DNA of 42,439 nucleotides, from positions 1-42,439 of the IMG/VR virus record IMGVR_UViG_3300049009_000475. The stretch is one strand, 5' to 3'. Below the pieces are notes generated by a model. The model was not told the DNA's origin and searched no databases. It worked only from the letters and a program-made list of their open reading frames with translations. This DNA is from a virus (taxonomy: Duplodnaviria > Caudoviricetes). Numbering within the stretch: the first letter of the stretch is position 1; every line of letters begins with the position of its first letter. Made by a program: the position numbers and the translations under genes. Positions 10,723-19,601 of the stretch are shown here, in pieces.

Positions 10723-12389
10723 TGGCAATGGAACGAGATCTGATCAAGGGAACCCAGTTCATCATATCGACCACGATCGATAATGTGAGATCGACTGGGG
10801 ACGTAATGTCTAGTGGTGAAACCACTTATGACTTTTCAAGATTTGATACCATTATTGTAGATGCTGAGTACTTTGAGAAGTATACGCAGTTGATCTCTGC
10901 ATCTGGCAACCGAGATATGCTCAATAGGGTTGGTGCTGTTAGTATGGATGGGCTTTATGTCCCATACTCTACTTCCCCCTATCATACAGGGTCTCTCCCA
11001 CACTTTGAAGTTCCTACAGACATCGGGCAAGATGTAATCAATGTCTATGCTCTGAACCCATTTAACCCTTCCAATATATTTGGGACTGGAGTAGTAAGTA
11101 CTGGAGTAGTTGATACCGGGACCTACAATACTGGAGTATGGGCGTCTGGTGGGCACAATATTACTGCAGCACTCGTCAACAATCCAAGCTCTACTAATAT
11201 TAGTATGGAAACAGGCGTACACCCAGTAAGTAGCTTTTTCGATGCTGACTTCTACTTTAGAAAGAAAACAGAGCTACTTGATGTAAGAAGCGTGGCTCAT
11301 AGAGCCCCATTGATTCTCAGTGGTCCCGGATACGATATTGATGGCAATCCTGTTCCAACAGGATCTGGCGGCGGGATGCATCCTCAGGCCTATTCAAATC
11401 CATCCCTGTGGAAGACCGGACCACTAGACGTAAGATGGGATCAATCGAGGGCTGTATGGACAGCCGGATCTACAACAAAAATCTACCTATCTAAGGTTAC
11501 GAACACCTACAACCCATCAAATTTTTCTTACGAGGTTGAAAGAAGTAGCTCCAGAGATCAGTTTAGTAGAGTCGGCCCAACAATAAGAAGAGATTTTAAT
11601 GCTGCTGATCCGATCTATGACCCAGAACAGATCGCTTATGATGCTGATGATAATAATGTAGGAGCCTATGAAAAGTTAGATTACACAGGGTTAGAATTCC
11701 CACATTATGAGGCCTTTATTCTACGACAAACAAGTGATGATGTCGGCCCGTCGTATTATAATATTTGGACTGAAGATTGTTCTGATTGTGGCCATACATC
11801 AAACCCATGTCCATCTGGAACATCTACTCAAAATGGAGATGCTAGTGCTGGTAAAAAGATATTGATCGAAAATCCACTTAAGCAGAGCTTAGAAGCTGGA
11901 GATCTCTGCTTTACTGTGAAGACCGGGCGGACCAAAAACGTAAATACTGGATCGTTTGTCGGTGGATCTGGTGTTGGAGCATCTGGATATATCACAACAA
12001 ATTCTTCAGGAGTGGCCGCTTTCGTAGTTTCTAATTCTGGATCTGGCTACATTTATGGGGGATTTGCACTGATATCTTCTGGTATTTGTGCTGGAGTTAC
12101 TCCATCATTCACTAGCGGAATGCTTTCTTCTGCGACAGTGGTTCCTGCAAGCGGCCTGCCGAGAAATAGAACCTATCAGGTGAGTGTCTACCCGCTGAAC
12201 TCAGCCGCCGAAACAGAAGCATTAGACGTACATTGGATCATGCAGGCTGAATTTAAAACTACCCAAGTGGCCACATATGTTGGATGCGATGGTGGAGTTC
12301 TTCAAACCTGCTCAAGAAAAATACAAACTCAGGGAATGGTTAGTTGTGAGTACTGTGGGACGAGCACAGCTCTAATTAACAGTTTTTAG
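10722..12389 (+). CDS. Putative tail/baseplate protein
   Basis: 555 aa, TAATG-coupled; Gly/Ser-rich GVGASG...VVSNSGSGY segment of the kind seen in phage tail proteins; CxxC pairs (DCSDC, SCEYC). Confidence 0.55.
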   Translation: MAMERDLIKGTQFIISTTIDNVRSTGDVMSSGETTYDFSRFDTIIVDAEYFEKYTQLISASGNRDMLNRVGAVSMDGLYVPYSTSPYHTGSLPHFEVPTDIGQDVINVYALNPFNPSNIFGTGVVSTGVVDTGTYNTGVWASGGHNITAALVNNPSSTNISMETGVHPVSSFFDADFYFRKKTELLDVRSVAHRAPLILSGPGYDIDGNPVPTGSGGGMHPQAYSNPSLWKTGPLDVRWDQSRAVWTAGSTTKIYLSKVTNTYNPSNFSYEVERSSSRDQFSRVGPTIRRDFNAADPIYDPEQIAYDADDNNVGAYEKLDYTGLEFPHYEAFILRQTSDDVGPSYYNIWTEDCSDCGHTSNPCPSGTSTQNGDASAGKKILIENPLKQSLEAGDLCFTVKTGRTKNVNTGSFVGGSGVGASGYITTNSSGVAAFVVSNSGSGYIYGGFALISSGICAGVTPSFTSGMLSSATVVPASGLPRNRTYQVSVYPLNSAAETEALDVHWIMQAEFKTTQVATYVGCDGGVLQTCSRKIQTQGMVSCEYCGTSTALINSF

Positions 12390-12397
12390 GACCTAAT

Positions 12398-15300
12398 ATG
12401 GCTGACATGTTTAACGACTGCCACGAATGTGGCAAGAATTGTATTGAGACAGCCTTCTGTTCAGAAGGTGCTTCGTTTGATAATAGTCAGACTGGTGGTA
12501 TCTCAGTACCAAGGAACCTAAAGGTTAAGGTCATTGCTAACCCAGCCTTCTGGGGATTTGAAGGGGTATTAATTTCTGGATGGGCCAGATATGAGAATGG
12601 TCACTTTGACTACTTTGATGGGTTTCAAGAGTCGCACCTAGCCGAGAGAACCTGTAACTCAATAACTTACGGGCCGTTCATGAATGAACAAAGGCCAGAC
12701 GTTCTATACAGGTCTGTTTTTGATCCAGATGGAACGAAGCACTATGGAAGCGACGGAACCCTTGATGGGGTGGAGAGAGGAGGGGCAGAGGTTTATCTTA
12801 TTGATAGAGCGGCTGGAGAAGTTGAGCCCGTTTCTGCGGATAATCCATCATGCGATACTACAAAGCCGACCCAAGTATTCAAGAAATTTCCAGAAAATTA
12901 TGGCTTTGGCAACAAAATAAATTTCAAAGAATCTGTCTACAAAAATGCCACTGGCGCATGGCGTATGACGTCTCTTGAATCATGCTATGAGTCCACTATC
13001 TCTAGCAACTATCACGTAAAAGAGTGCGACGACACATACAAAGAACACTTTATCCACGATGATAATTTCGGAACTCAATATGATCCAGCTTCTGTCAGGG
13101 TTAGTGGGGCCAGAGACTGTCTCCCGGACGGGGCAATGGCTGGCAGATATGCTGGAGATATTAAGCCAACTGGCTCCATCATCAGAGACACTGGGGTCTC
13201 CTATTTGGCCGCTGCTACCATAAATTACAATGGAGGAGCTGCGTCTGGTCTGAAGGAGGGGATGGTACTCTCTTTTACTGATGTCGGCCCGTATAGTAAA
13301 TCCTATCACATTCACTCTGTTTCTCATTCTGGCTCCTACACCCGCGTAGAGCTTCTAGGGACATGGGGCACAAATAACGAAACAGTAAATGGAAGTGGGT
13401 CTTGGGTCGCTCATAACACATACGATCCATACACATGCTGCGGTGGTGCCGCTTATGGCGTAGATAATGATCTGAAGCAATTCTCTAATCAGGTTCAGTA
13501 CCACTCAGATTTTGGCAAGATCTTCAATAATAATAAGAATAAGATTCAGTCTAATAGATTCCCAGAGAACAGATACACCTATCAGGCCGATACTGTATCC
13601 CCAATAAGTTCTGGATATCGTAAGGACTATTCTTATCCTTCAGTTTCAGATAGCGGGACCGTGGAGATGTCTAGTGGAGTCCCCGTATTTGAGAGGACTT
13701 TACCATACTATGGGCCATTTTTCGAAGTGGACTTGTTTGATTCACAGACTCGGCATGATAGCTCATATAATACGACTATTGGTCGTAATGGTACTTGTTA
13801 CTCTAAAAAAGCGACCCTAGATATCTTCCCGGATTGTGTAACTCAGTTCATCCAATATGATGAGTGTGTTACTGAGACAGATCTATACAGCACCAATAGA
13901 CTACAAAGATTGGCTTTTGTCTATCGCGGCTGCGACTTTGCCGATGATTGTTCTTTTGATGGGTCTGGTAGGCCAATAGCTGGATGGAGCGGTGGAGCCC
14001 CGACAAATATACAGGACCTAAAGAGAGGATTGGCTGGCCAAGAATTGTACATGTATTTAAATCTCAGCACAGCTTGGGGAGGCGTCATAAAGAGATGCCC
14101 TTGCGATTGTAGCGAGGACCCACCAGCGGGAGAACTGCCGCCTACGATGGTTCAAGTGCTATCACCAGTATCTTTTCCTTGCCTTTTAGCATTTGATCTA
14201 CACCCCGAAGTGTATGGATGTCATGATACTAGATATCAAGTATCTAAATATAAAGAGTATCTTAGCACATCATTTTCACATGAGCTATGTGATCCATTCC
14301 CTGCACTGCCAGAAGCATGTAATGTTAGACAGCCATATACGACATATGGCTTCATGAGGAATCTCTGTGGTAAAGAGAGCAGAGACAGAAAAGACGTGAT
14401 CACTTCAGCGTTTGCCAATTTGCATCAAAACGGAGAATATAGAAATTCTACTCCGTCCGTAGATGTAGATGCTCCCATGTATTGGGAGTTTCAGAATTAT
14501 GGACCAGAGCCTCCAGTTTTTGGCTCTGGTGATTGGAATGGGGCCACTAGCGACAATGGGAAATTTCATGACTCTGGACTGTATCCATATTGGGGATTAT
14601 CTGACCAAAATGGGGCACTAGTAAGCCCATATTTTGCTGCCAAGAGTGGAGAATTTCTCTGCTGCCCAACTGATAGCCCGACTAACTATGTCGATTTTGA
14701 TGGCTCTGGAACATTCTTTAATGGCTGGCCTACTGACCGTGTTCCATTCTTGATCGAAATTGACCATGATGATATGTGTGCCGGATGCGGCACCGTGACA
14801 ATGGAAAATAGAGATCTCATGCTGACACTTGAAGGCATGGATACAAAATACCTTCATAACTTAGACTACAGTAGCTCTACTGGCGGTAAGTATGGCTACA
14901 ATAATTGTAAGTACAAGGGGGCAGTATTAAATCCAACATATAATTGTGCTAGTGGATATAGCCCTTCGTACTGCTCATCTGGGGATTCAATCGCTGCAGA
15001 ATATGGTCAGCCATATACTGGGAGTACATGTGCATGCATAGATGGAACAGAGATTCCTCTACGAGTGAAAACTATAGCTGGTAGCAATCTTGTAATTGGT
15101 TGGCAGTCTAGTGGAGTCAACAACTCGTTTGTCGAGATATCTGGATGCAATGATATGGCATCCAATTATATCATAGAAGACTACTTCCCAGCGGCTCCAG
15201 CGGGCTTATTGGTATATGGATCTTTCACTCTAGCCTGTGCTGAAAATATACCATATGTTACTGAGCCCTCTTTTCCATTTTCTTTTTACACTGGAGATTC

Positions 15301-17848
15301 AGTATCCAACTTATGGTCATGCTCTGATGGTAGTTGTGTAGAATCGTACCCGGCCCAAGATGGCAACCTGACTCTGCGAGCTAAGTTCTTCGTAGTTTCC
15401 CAACCTATGCGTGCTCAGTTTGAAGCACTGACCGAGCAGGAACTTCAAGGATTCTCTGGCTCAGACCCTGCAATAATCTTAAGAGATGGTATCAAGGTTG
15501 GTCCGCCAATTAACAATACCGCCGCTAACATAACACTTTGTTCCGGAGAAAAAGTATTCCTTTATGGGTGTGCTATTGGTGGATCTTTCTACCCATGTGC
15601 TGGATGTACTCCAGAAAGTGTGTGTGTTAGTTGCTCTGGTCAGGGCGTAGTGTGTGATAGTTGTGACGAAGTAGTATCTGTAAACGGCGTTGCAACCAGA
15701 AGAGTTCCTGCTCATTATGAGCTTAATGCTTGTAAATGCCAGTGTTCTACTCCTACTCTCATGAGAGAATATGACGTAACAAATACTGGGCTCGTACTAG
15801 CTGTTAGCTATGAGCCTTATGGATGTGTAGGCACCGGCTACTGGATATCGATAAGTGGAGCAAATAGAGTAACGGACCCATTCTTGATTAACCCATCTCC
15901 ACCATATGTACACATTGGAGTTGGGCCATATACTAATGATGCTATTAGCTATTGCTCATATCATACTGGGCCTAATGCTGAAGTCGATAACATATACTAC
16001 AAGTTCACGGAGCCGTCAAAAGATGTAGACTGCTTACATCTTACCCCAGAGACTTGTAATACGGGACCATGCTTAGATGAAAGAGCCTCATCTTCTGTCT
16101 GTGGTGATCCAGTTCCTTTTACTGGGGTCCCAGCAAGTGGTCTGACGGTCAATAGAAGATCGTGCTTCCCAGAAATTATGATAGTCAACAAGATTGACTG
16201 CTTAGCTACTGGATATGCTCTGCATGTATCTAGAGAGTACCATTCTCATGATAGGACTTGGAGAGATTCAGAAATAGTAGATCTTGAACCAACGTGCGTC
16301 ACTAGATATGGGGCCTACAATGATGGAGTATCCTGCACTCAGATTCCGTACGCTGTACCATCAGATTCTGTAACACCAGCTTATGACGGGCCATGCGATA
16401 TCCATCCAGCTTCTGGCGAATTCGCCAATCAGGACTTTCAATATGACACTCTGTGGAACTACTTCAATCTGTACTACGCGAGCGGAGTCCCGTCTTCGTA
16501 CTATAAAGCCTCTGTGAGCCCAACAGGGTGTGAGATCTTGACAACCCCTCTCGATACAACTGTCATATTTGGGACTGGCGAGCCGAACAAAAGACATAGC
16601 TGTATTCAGGACATAGGTGAATGTGGTGGGGACTTTTTCTGTAACAAGATGTTTTTCCCTAGAAGAAATTATGCTAGTGGCACGAAAGTTACAGCATTTG
16701 GAGCACTGTCTATCTGTACCCAGAATGCCCAGCACAAAACTCCAAGCTGGTATAGCGGGTATCAGAGCTTTGATCAAGTCCCCAAAGTCCTCTCTGAATC
16801 ACTATTGGGTAAGCTTATAGATCCATGTGATCCAGATATGACTGCTACGACCATGTATGACATGGGAATAGATGATACGATCATATATGTAGATGACTAT
16901 TTGCCACTTGTCGGTATTTCTGCCCCAAGCTTTAGAAGTACTATTGATGTTAAATCATGTGTTATCGCGAAGAGTGGGGAAGACTGCAACGTCACACTCC
17001 CAATGACACATACTGATGCTACTCTTGGTGTAGCATTTAATGGACCATCTACCCTGATTCAAGACGGCGTTGATTCTATGGGCTACTTTACCAGTACAGA
17101 AGCTTCTGGTAGCAACAATTGCCTATTCAACAAATTTAAGATCTTTGTAGATGTGGAATGTTGTCCAGACAGAGTTCGGAGAGTTAATAGCACCTTAGAC
17201 AGCCCGACAATGCTGAATTACGTCTTTACAGACGTGAATGCTGCTGTCTGTAATGGCCTAGTAACCGCTCCAGCTTGTGCATGTGCTGGGTCCACATGTG
17301 GAAGCTCTTTTGTAGATCCCGGTGTATGTACCGCAGTAAAATTGATAACTGAGGTGTATGGGAAAATCGAATGTAGTGGGGTTGAATACGCTGGCGGGTT
17401 CCCTATCTATCTCAATAGAGCCTTAATTGATTATGACGGAACCGCTGTTAGGGCGTCGACCGTGTCTCAAGGCAGATTGGATTGCGATCACGAACCATAT
17501 CCGCTGGAACTATATGAGTCCGACTGCGTCTCGGGTGTATTCGCCGTAGAGGAATACTCAATCAGAACTTGGCAATGTGGTGACGTGGTTTATGGTAATT
17601 TAGAATCTGCCAAGCAGAGAGATTGCTGTGACATTGTAGGCTATAGTAGATGTAGCGTGATCGCGTCAGGAGTGAAATTTGGGGTTGATGCATCTTGTGT
17701 ATTCATGGACTCACACATCAGCGGGGAGAGTCTCACAGACGTAAATGCGGGCTGGAGAACAAAGTGTGACTGTACATCGGTACTAGGAGACGAAATGCCT
17801 TGCTCTGATGGCTCTATGATTAAGGCCACAATTACTGAATTAATATAG
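12398..17848 (+). CDS. Large cysteine-rich virion protein, candidate tail fibre / receptor-binding protein
   Basis: 1816 aa; about 85 Cys by hand count, with CxxC, CxC, CC and CxCxC groups; last large gene of the tail operon. ORF is certain, function inferred from position. Confidence 0.55.
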   Translation: MADMFNDCHECGKNCIETAFCSEGASFDNSQTGGISVPRNLKVKVIANPAFWGFEGVLISGWARYENGHFDYFDGFQESHLAERTCNSITYGPFMNEQRPDVLYRSVFDPDGTKHYGSDGTLDGVERGGAEVYLIDRAAGEVEPVSADNPSCDTTKPTQVFKKFPENYGFGNKINFKESVYKNATGAWRMTSLESCYESTISSNYHVKECDDTYKEHFIHDDNFGTQYDPASVRVSGARDCLPDGAMAGRYAGDIKPTGSIIRDTGVSYLAAATINYNGGAASGLKEGMVLSFTDVGPYSKSYHIHSVSHSGSYTRVELLGTWGTNNETVNGSGSWVAHNTYDPYTCCGGAAYGVDNDLKQFSNQVQYHSDFGKIFNNNKNKIQSNRFPENRYTYQADTVSPISSGYRKDYSYPSVSDSGTVEMSSGVPVFERTLPYYGPFFEVDLFDSQTRHDSSYNTTIGRNGTCYSKKATLDIFPDCVTQFIQYDECVTETDLYSTNRLQRLAFVYRGCDFADDCSFDGSGRPIAGWSGGAPTNIQDLKRGLAGQELYMYLNLSTAWGGVIKRCPCDCSEDPPAGELPPTMVQVLSPVSFPCLLAFDLHPEVYGCHDTRYQVSKYKEYLSTSFSHELCDPFPALPEACNVRQPYTTYGFMRNLCGKESRDRKDVITSAFANLHQNGEYRNSTPSVDVDAPMYWEFQNYGPEPPVFGSGDWNGATSDNGKFHDSGLYPYWGLSDQNGALVSPYFAAKSGEFLCCPTDSPTNYVDFDGSGTFFNGWPTDRVPFLIEIDHDDMCAGCGTVTMENRDLMLTLEGMDTKYLHNLDYSSSTGGKYGYNNCKYKGAVLNPTYNCASGYSPSYCSSGDSIAAEYGQPYTGSTCACIDGTEIPLRVKTIAGSNLVIGWQSSGVNNSFVEISGCNDMASNYIIEDYFPAAPAGLLVYGSFTLACAENIPYVTEPSFPFSFYTGDSVSNLWSCSDGSCVESYPAQDGNLTLRAKFFVVSQPMRAQFEALTEQELQGFSGSDPAIILRDGIKVGPPINNTAANITLCSGEKVFLYGCAIGGSFYPCAGCTPESVCVSCSGQGVVCDSCDEVVSVNGVATRRVPAHYELNACKCQCSTPTLMREYDVTNTGLVLAVSYEPYGCVGTGYWISISGANRVTDPFLINPSPPYVHIGVGPYTNDAISYCSYHTGPNAEVDNIYYKFTEPSKDVDCLHLTPETCNTGPCLDERASSSVCGDPVPFTGVPASGLTVNRRSCFPEIMIVNKIDCLATGYALHVSREYHSHDRTWRDSEIVDLEPTCVTRYGAYNDGVSCTQIPYAVPSDSVTPAYDGPCDIHPASGEFANQDFQYDTLWNYFNLYYASGVPSSYYKASVSPTGCEILTTPLDTTVIFGTGEPNKRHSCIQDIGECGGDFFCNKMFFPRRNYASGTKVTAFGALSICTQNAQHKTPSWYSGYQSFDQVPKVLSESLLGKLIDPCDPDMTATTMYDMGIDDTIIYVDDYLPLVGISAPSFRSTIDVKSCVIAKSGEDCNVTLPMTHTDATLGVAFNGPSTLIQDGVDSMGYFTSTEASGSNNCLFNKFKIFVDVECCPDRVRRVNSTLDSPTMLNYVFTDVNAAVCNGLVTAPACACAGSTCGSSFVDPGVCTAVKLITEVYGKIECSGVEYAGGFPIYLNRALIDYDGTAVRASTVSQGRLDCDHEPYPLELYESDCVSGVFAVEEYSIRTWQCGDVVYGNLESAKQRDCCDIVGYSRCSVIASGVKFGVDASCVFMDSHISGESLTDVNAGWRTKCDCTSVLGDEMPCSDGSMIKATITELI

Positions 17849-17858
17849 GAACAAGGAT

Positions 17859-18338
17859 ATGACAGAAGACAAACCCAAGACACCATGTGAATGCCCTTTG
17901 GCTGGATTCTGCAACAGGCATCAGGTAGATAAAACTCCACACTGGCATAAGCTATGTCAGAATCATATGGGGTATTTTAATGCATGGGAAAAGTGCATGG
18001 GGCCGGGGCAGAACCAGTCGCAATGCGGTAAAAAGGAAGTGACCCAAGGGGCTCCTCCGGAGATTCCAGTCGCTCAGCAAGGCTCTCAGCAAGGCTCTCA
18101 GCAGCCACAACAGATGCCAAGCTTGTTCACTCAGGCGGCTAACTTAGCTAAGTCGGCTGCTAAGCACGCTCTAAGCGGAGGGGCAAATGTATCTCCAGAA
18201 CAGAAACAGGCACGATTAGATATTTGTTATGGTTGCGACAAATTCGTTAAAGAAACCATGAGGTGCTCGGCTTGTGGATGTTATCTCAACACTAAGACCG
18301 AATGGAAGACATCGTCATGCCCACTAGGAAAGTGGTGA
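17859..18338 (+). CDS. Small two-domain Cys-rich protein (C-terminal DUF6171-like domain), candidate fibre assembly factor
   Basis: N-terminal CECPLAGFCNRH...LC; Gln/Pro linker; C-terminal RLDICYGC...RCSACGC...SCPLGKW, resembling DUF6171-type proteins; AAGGA directly upstream of the ATG. Confidence 0.65.
   Translation: MTEDKPKTPCECPLAGFCNRHQVDKTPHWHKLCQNHMGYFNAWEKCMGPGQNQSQCGKKEVTQGAPPEIPVAQQGSQQGSQQPQQMPSLFTQAANLAKSAAKHALSGGANVSPEQKQARLDICYGCDKFVKETMRCSACGCYLNTKTEWKTSSCPLGKW
17900..17922 (+). repeat. Left arm of a 23-bp imperfect inverted repeat (partner 19259-19281)
   Basis: ggctggattctgcaacaggcatc versus reverse complement of 19259-19281 ggctggattctgcgacagacatc: 21/23 identical. Confidence 0.85.
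18073..18102 (+). repeat. 12-bp tandem repeat (2.5 copies) encoding QQGS-QQGS-QQ linker
   Basis: ctcagcaaggct ctcagcaaggct ctcagc. Confidence 0.8.
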
Positions 18339-19307
18339 TGGATGGTATACCGTCATATTATCCATGCATAAAACAGTCTTTCCAGTAGCTTTGAAAATTG
18401 TCTTAGCCTGAACCTCACTAGATTCGCAGAATGTGCTATAGCCAGACTTAGCAAAATGCTCTGCCTTCCAGAGGCCCACTTCCTCGTGGGTGCCAGAATC
18501 ATTCTCTGGCCACATTATCAGATCTTTGATACGGAATCCAGAATCTGTTAGCCATTTTTCCGTTTGTGGCCGATACTTCTCCAGCCTGCCGGTAACAAGA
18601 GACAAGGGGTATTTCACTGGATTATTCTGGGTTCTCTGCATTGATTGTAGGGTCTTCAAATACAATTCTTCGTTTTTACATTCTTCTTCTGAAAAGTCGC
18701 GACACAAAACTCCATCAATATCATACATGATTGGAAGACAGTTAAACAAATTCCACTCAAAGAAATGTAGTTCATAGCTTTTTGCGTAAATATCTAGTGA
18801 TGCTCTAGTTATGCTATTGGAGTAAATAGCGACTCTGACGATCTCATTGCCGACCACTGTCTTTAGATGGTCATAGCACTCCTTCATTGCTAAGCCACTA
18901 CATGAAGAGTCATCGACTAGATAGATCTTTTTAGATCCAAGGCCTATTTCCTCTGGATCGACTATCCTCCTGCCTGAGCCTACGTCAGTAAAGTCAAGAG
19001 TTTTTCGACTCATTGAGTATAGCGGCAAATGCATACTAGTCGCGAGAATAGATGCTGGTAGCATGCCAGATCTTGGGATTCCAACTATAATGCTGTTTTG
19101 ATCTATACGAGGAATTATTGACTGAGTATCTTTGACAAGATCGGCAGTTGATATCAATCTCTCCTGATGTTTCAGCCCGTATACGATCTTATCGTAATAC
19201 TCGCGGTATTGCCAATCTGACCTACATAGCCTAACTTCCTTTATGTCTTTGTCTCTTAGATGTCTGTCGCAGAATCCAGCCTTGAAACAATTACACGGCT
19301 CTATCAT
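18324..19307 (-). CDS. Cys-domain + type I phosphoribosyltransferase + HAD phosphatase fusion
   Basis: IVGIPRSGM and PRPP-binding KIYLVDDSSCSG; HAD motif I YDIDGVL and motif II VTGR; N-terminal CNCFKAGFCDRH...LC. Start moved to ATG 19307 (MIEPCNC), overlapping the upstream stop. Confidence 0.8.
   Translation of the reverse strand: MIEPCNCFKAGFCDRHLRDKDIKEVRLCRSDWQYREYYDKIVYGLKHQERLISTADLVKDTQSIIPRIDQNSIIVGIPRSGMLPASILATSMHLPLYSMSRKTLDFTDVGSGRRIVDPEEIGLGSKKIYLVDDSSCSGLAMKECYDHLKTVVGNEIVRVAIYSNSITRASLDIYAKSYELHFFEWNLFNCLPIMYDIDGVLCRDFSEEECKNEELYLKTLQSMQRTQNNPVKYPLSLVTGRLEKYRPQTEKWLTDSGFRIKDLIMWPENDSGTHEEVGLWKAEHFAKSGYSTFCESSEVQAKTIFKATGKTVLCMDNMTVYHPSPLS
19259..19281 (-). repeat. Right arm of the 23-bp imperfect inverted repeat (partner 17900-17922)
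   Basis: gatgtctgtcgcagaatccagcc on +; reads gct gga ttc tgc (AGFC) in frame on -, the same phase as the left arm. Confidence 0.85.
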
Positions 19308-19527
19308 ACTTTTGGACCTCTTTAATGGCCTGAATTCCATCAACCATCGCTTCTAGATACTCTCGCTGCAAAGACATGAAGTGCAAATGTCTCCCATCGG
19401 ACTGCCTTAGAATCGGCTTTTCCCAGTTCATGGTATTAAAAGTCTGTTCGTCTATCTCCTGCTCGATCAGATCAGAGATCATAGCAGACCCATTCTCACA
19501 CTTAAAGATCAATCTGTAGTATTTCAT
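19291..19527 (-). CDS. Hypothetical protein
   Basis: 78 aa; AGGA upstream of the ATG; fills the gap between the terminator and the PRTase-HAD gene. Confidence 0.7.
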   Translation of the reverse strand: MKYYRLIFKCENGSAMISDLIEQEIDEQTFNTMNWEKPILRQSDGRHLHFMSLQREYLEAMVDGIQAIKEVQKYDRAV

Positions 19528-19545
19528 TTTATTTTCCTACTATGT

Positions 19546-19576
19546 AAAACAAAGGGCCGGGACAAAAGCCCGGCCC
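19546..19576 (-). terminator. Rho-independent terminator
   Basis: On -: GGGCCGGG-CTTTTGT-CCCGGCCC (perfect 8-bp GC stem) followed by TTTGTTTT, 25 nt after the stop of 19602..20198. Confidence 0.88.
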
Positions 19577-19601
19577 CTCTGGATATTGCGAACCAATAGG
19601 T

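Noticed and set aside
6542-17940. Short alternate ORFs inside the tail genes
   Set aside because: Overlap long credible genes almost entirely and have no recognisable features.
12398-18338. Diversity-generating retroelement target in the tail fibre
   Set aside because: No reverse transcriptase and no template/variable repeat pair differing at adenines was seen; the only repeat found is inverted and short.
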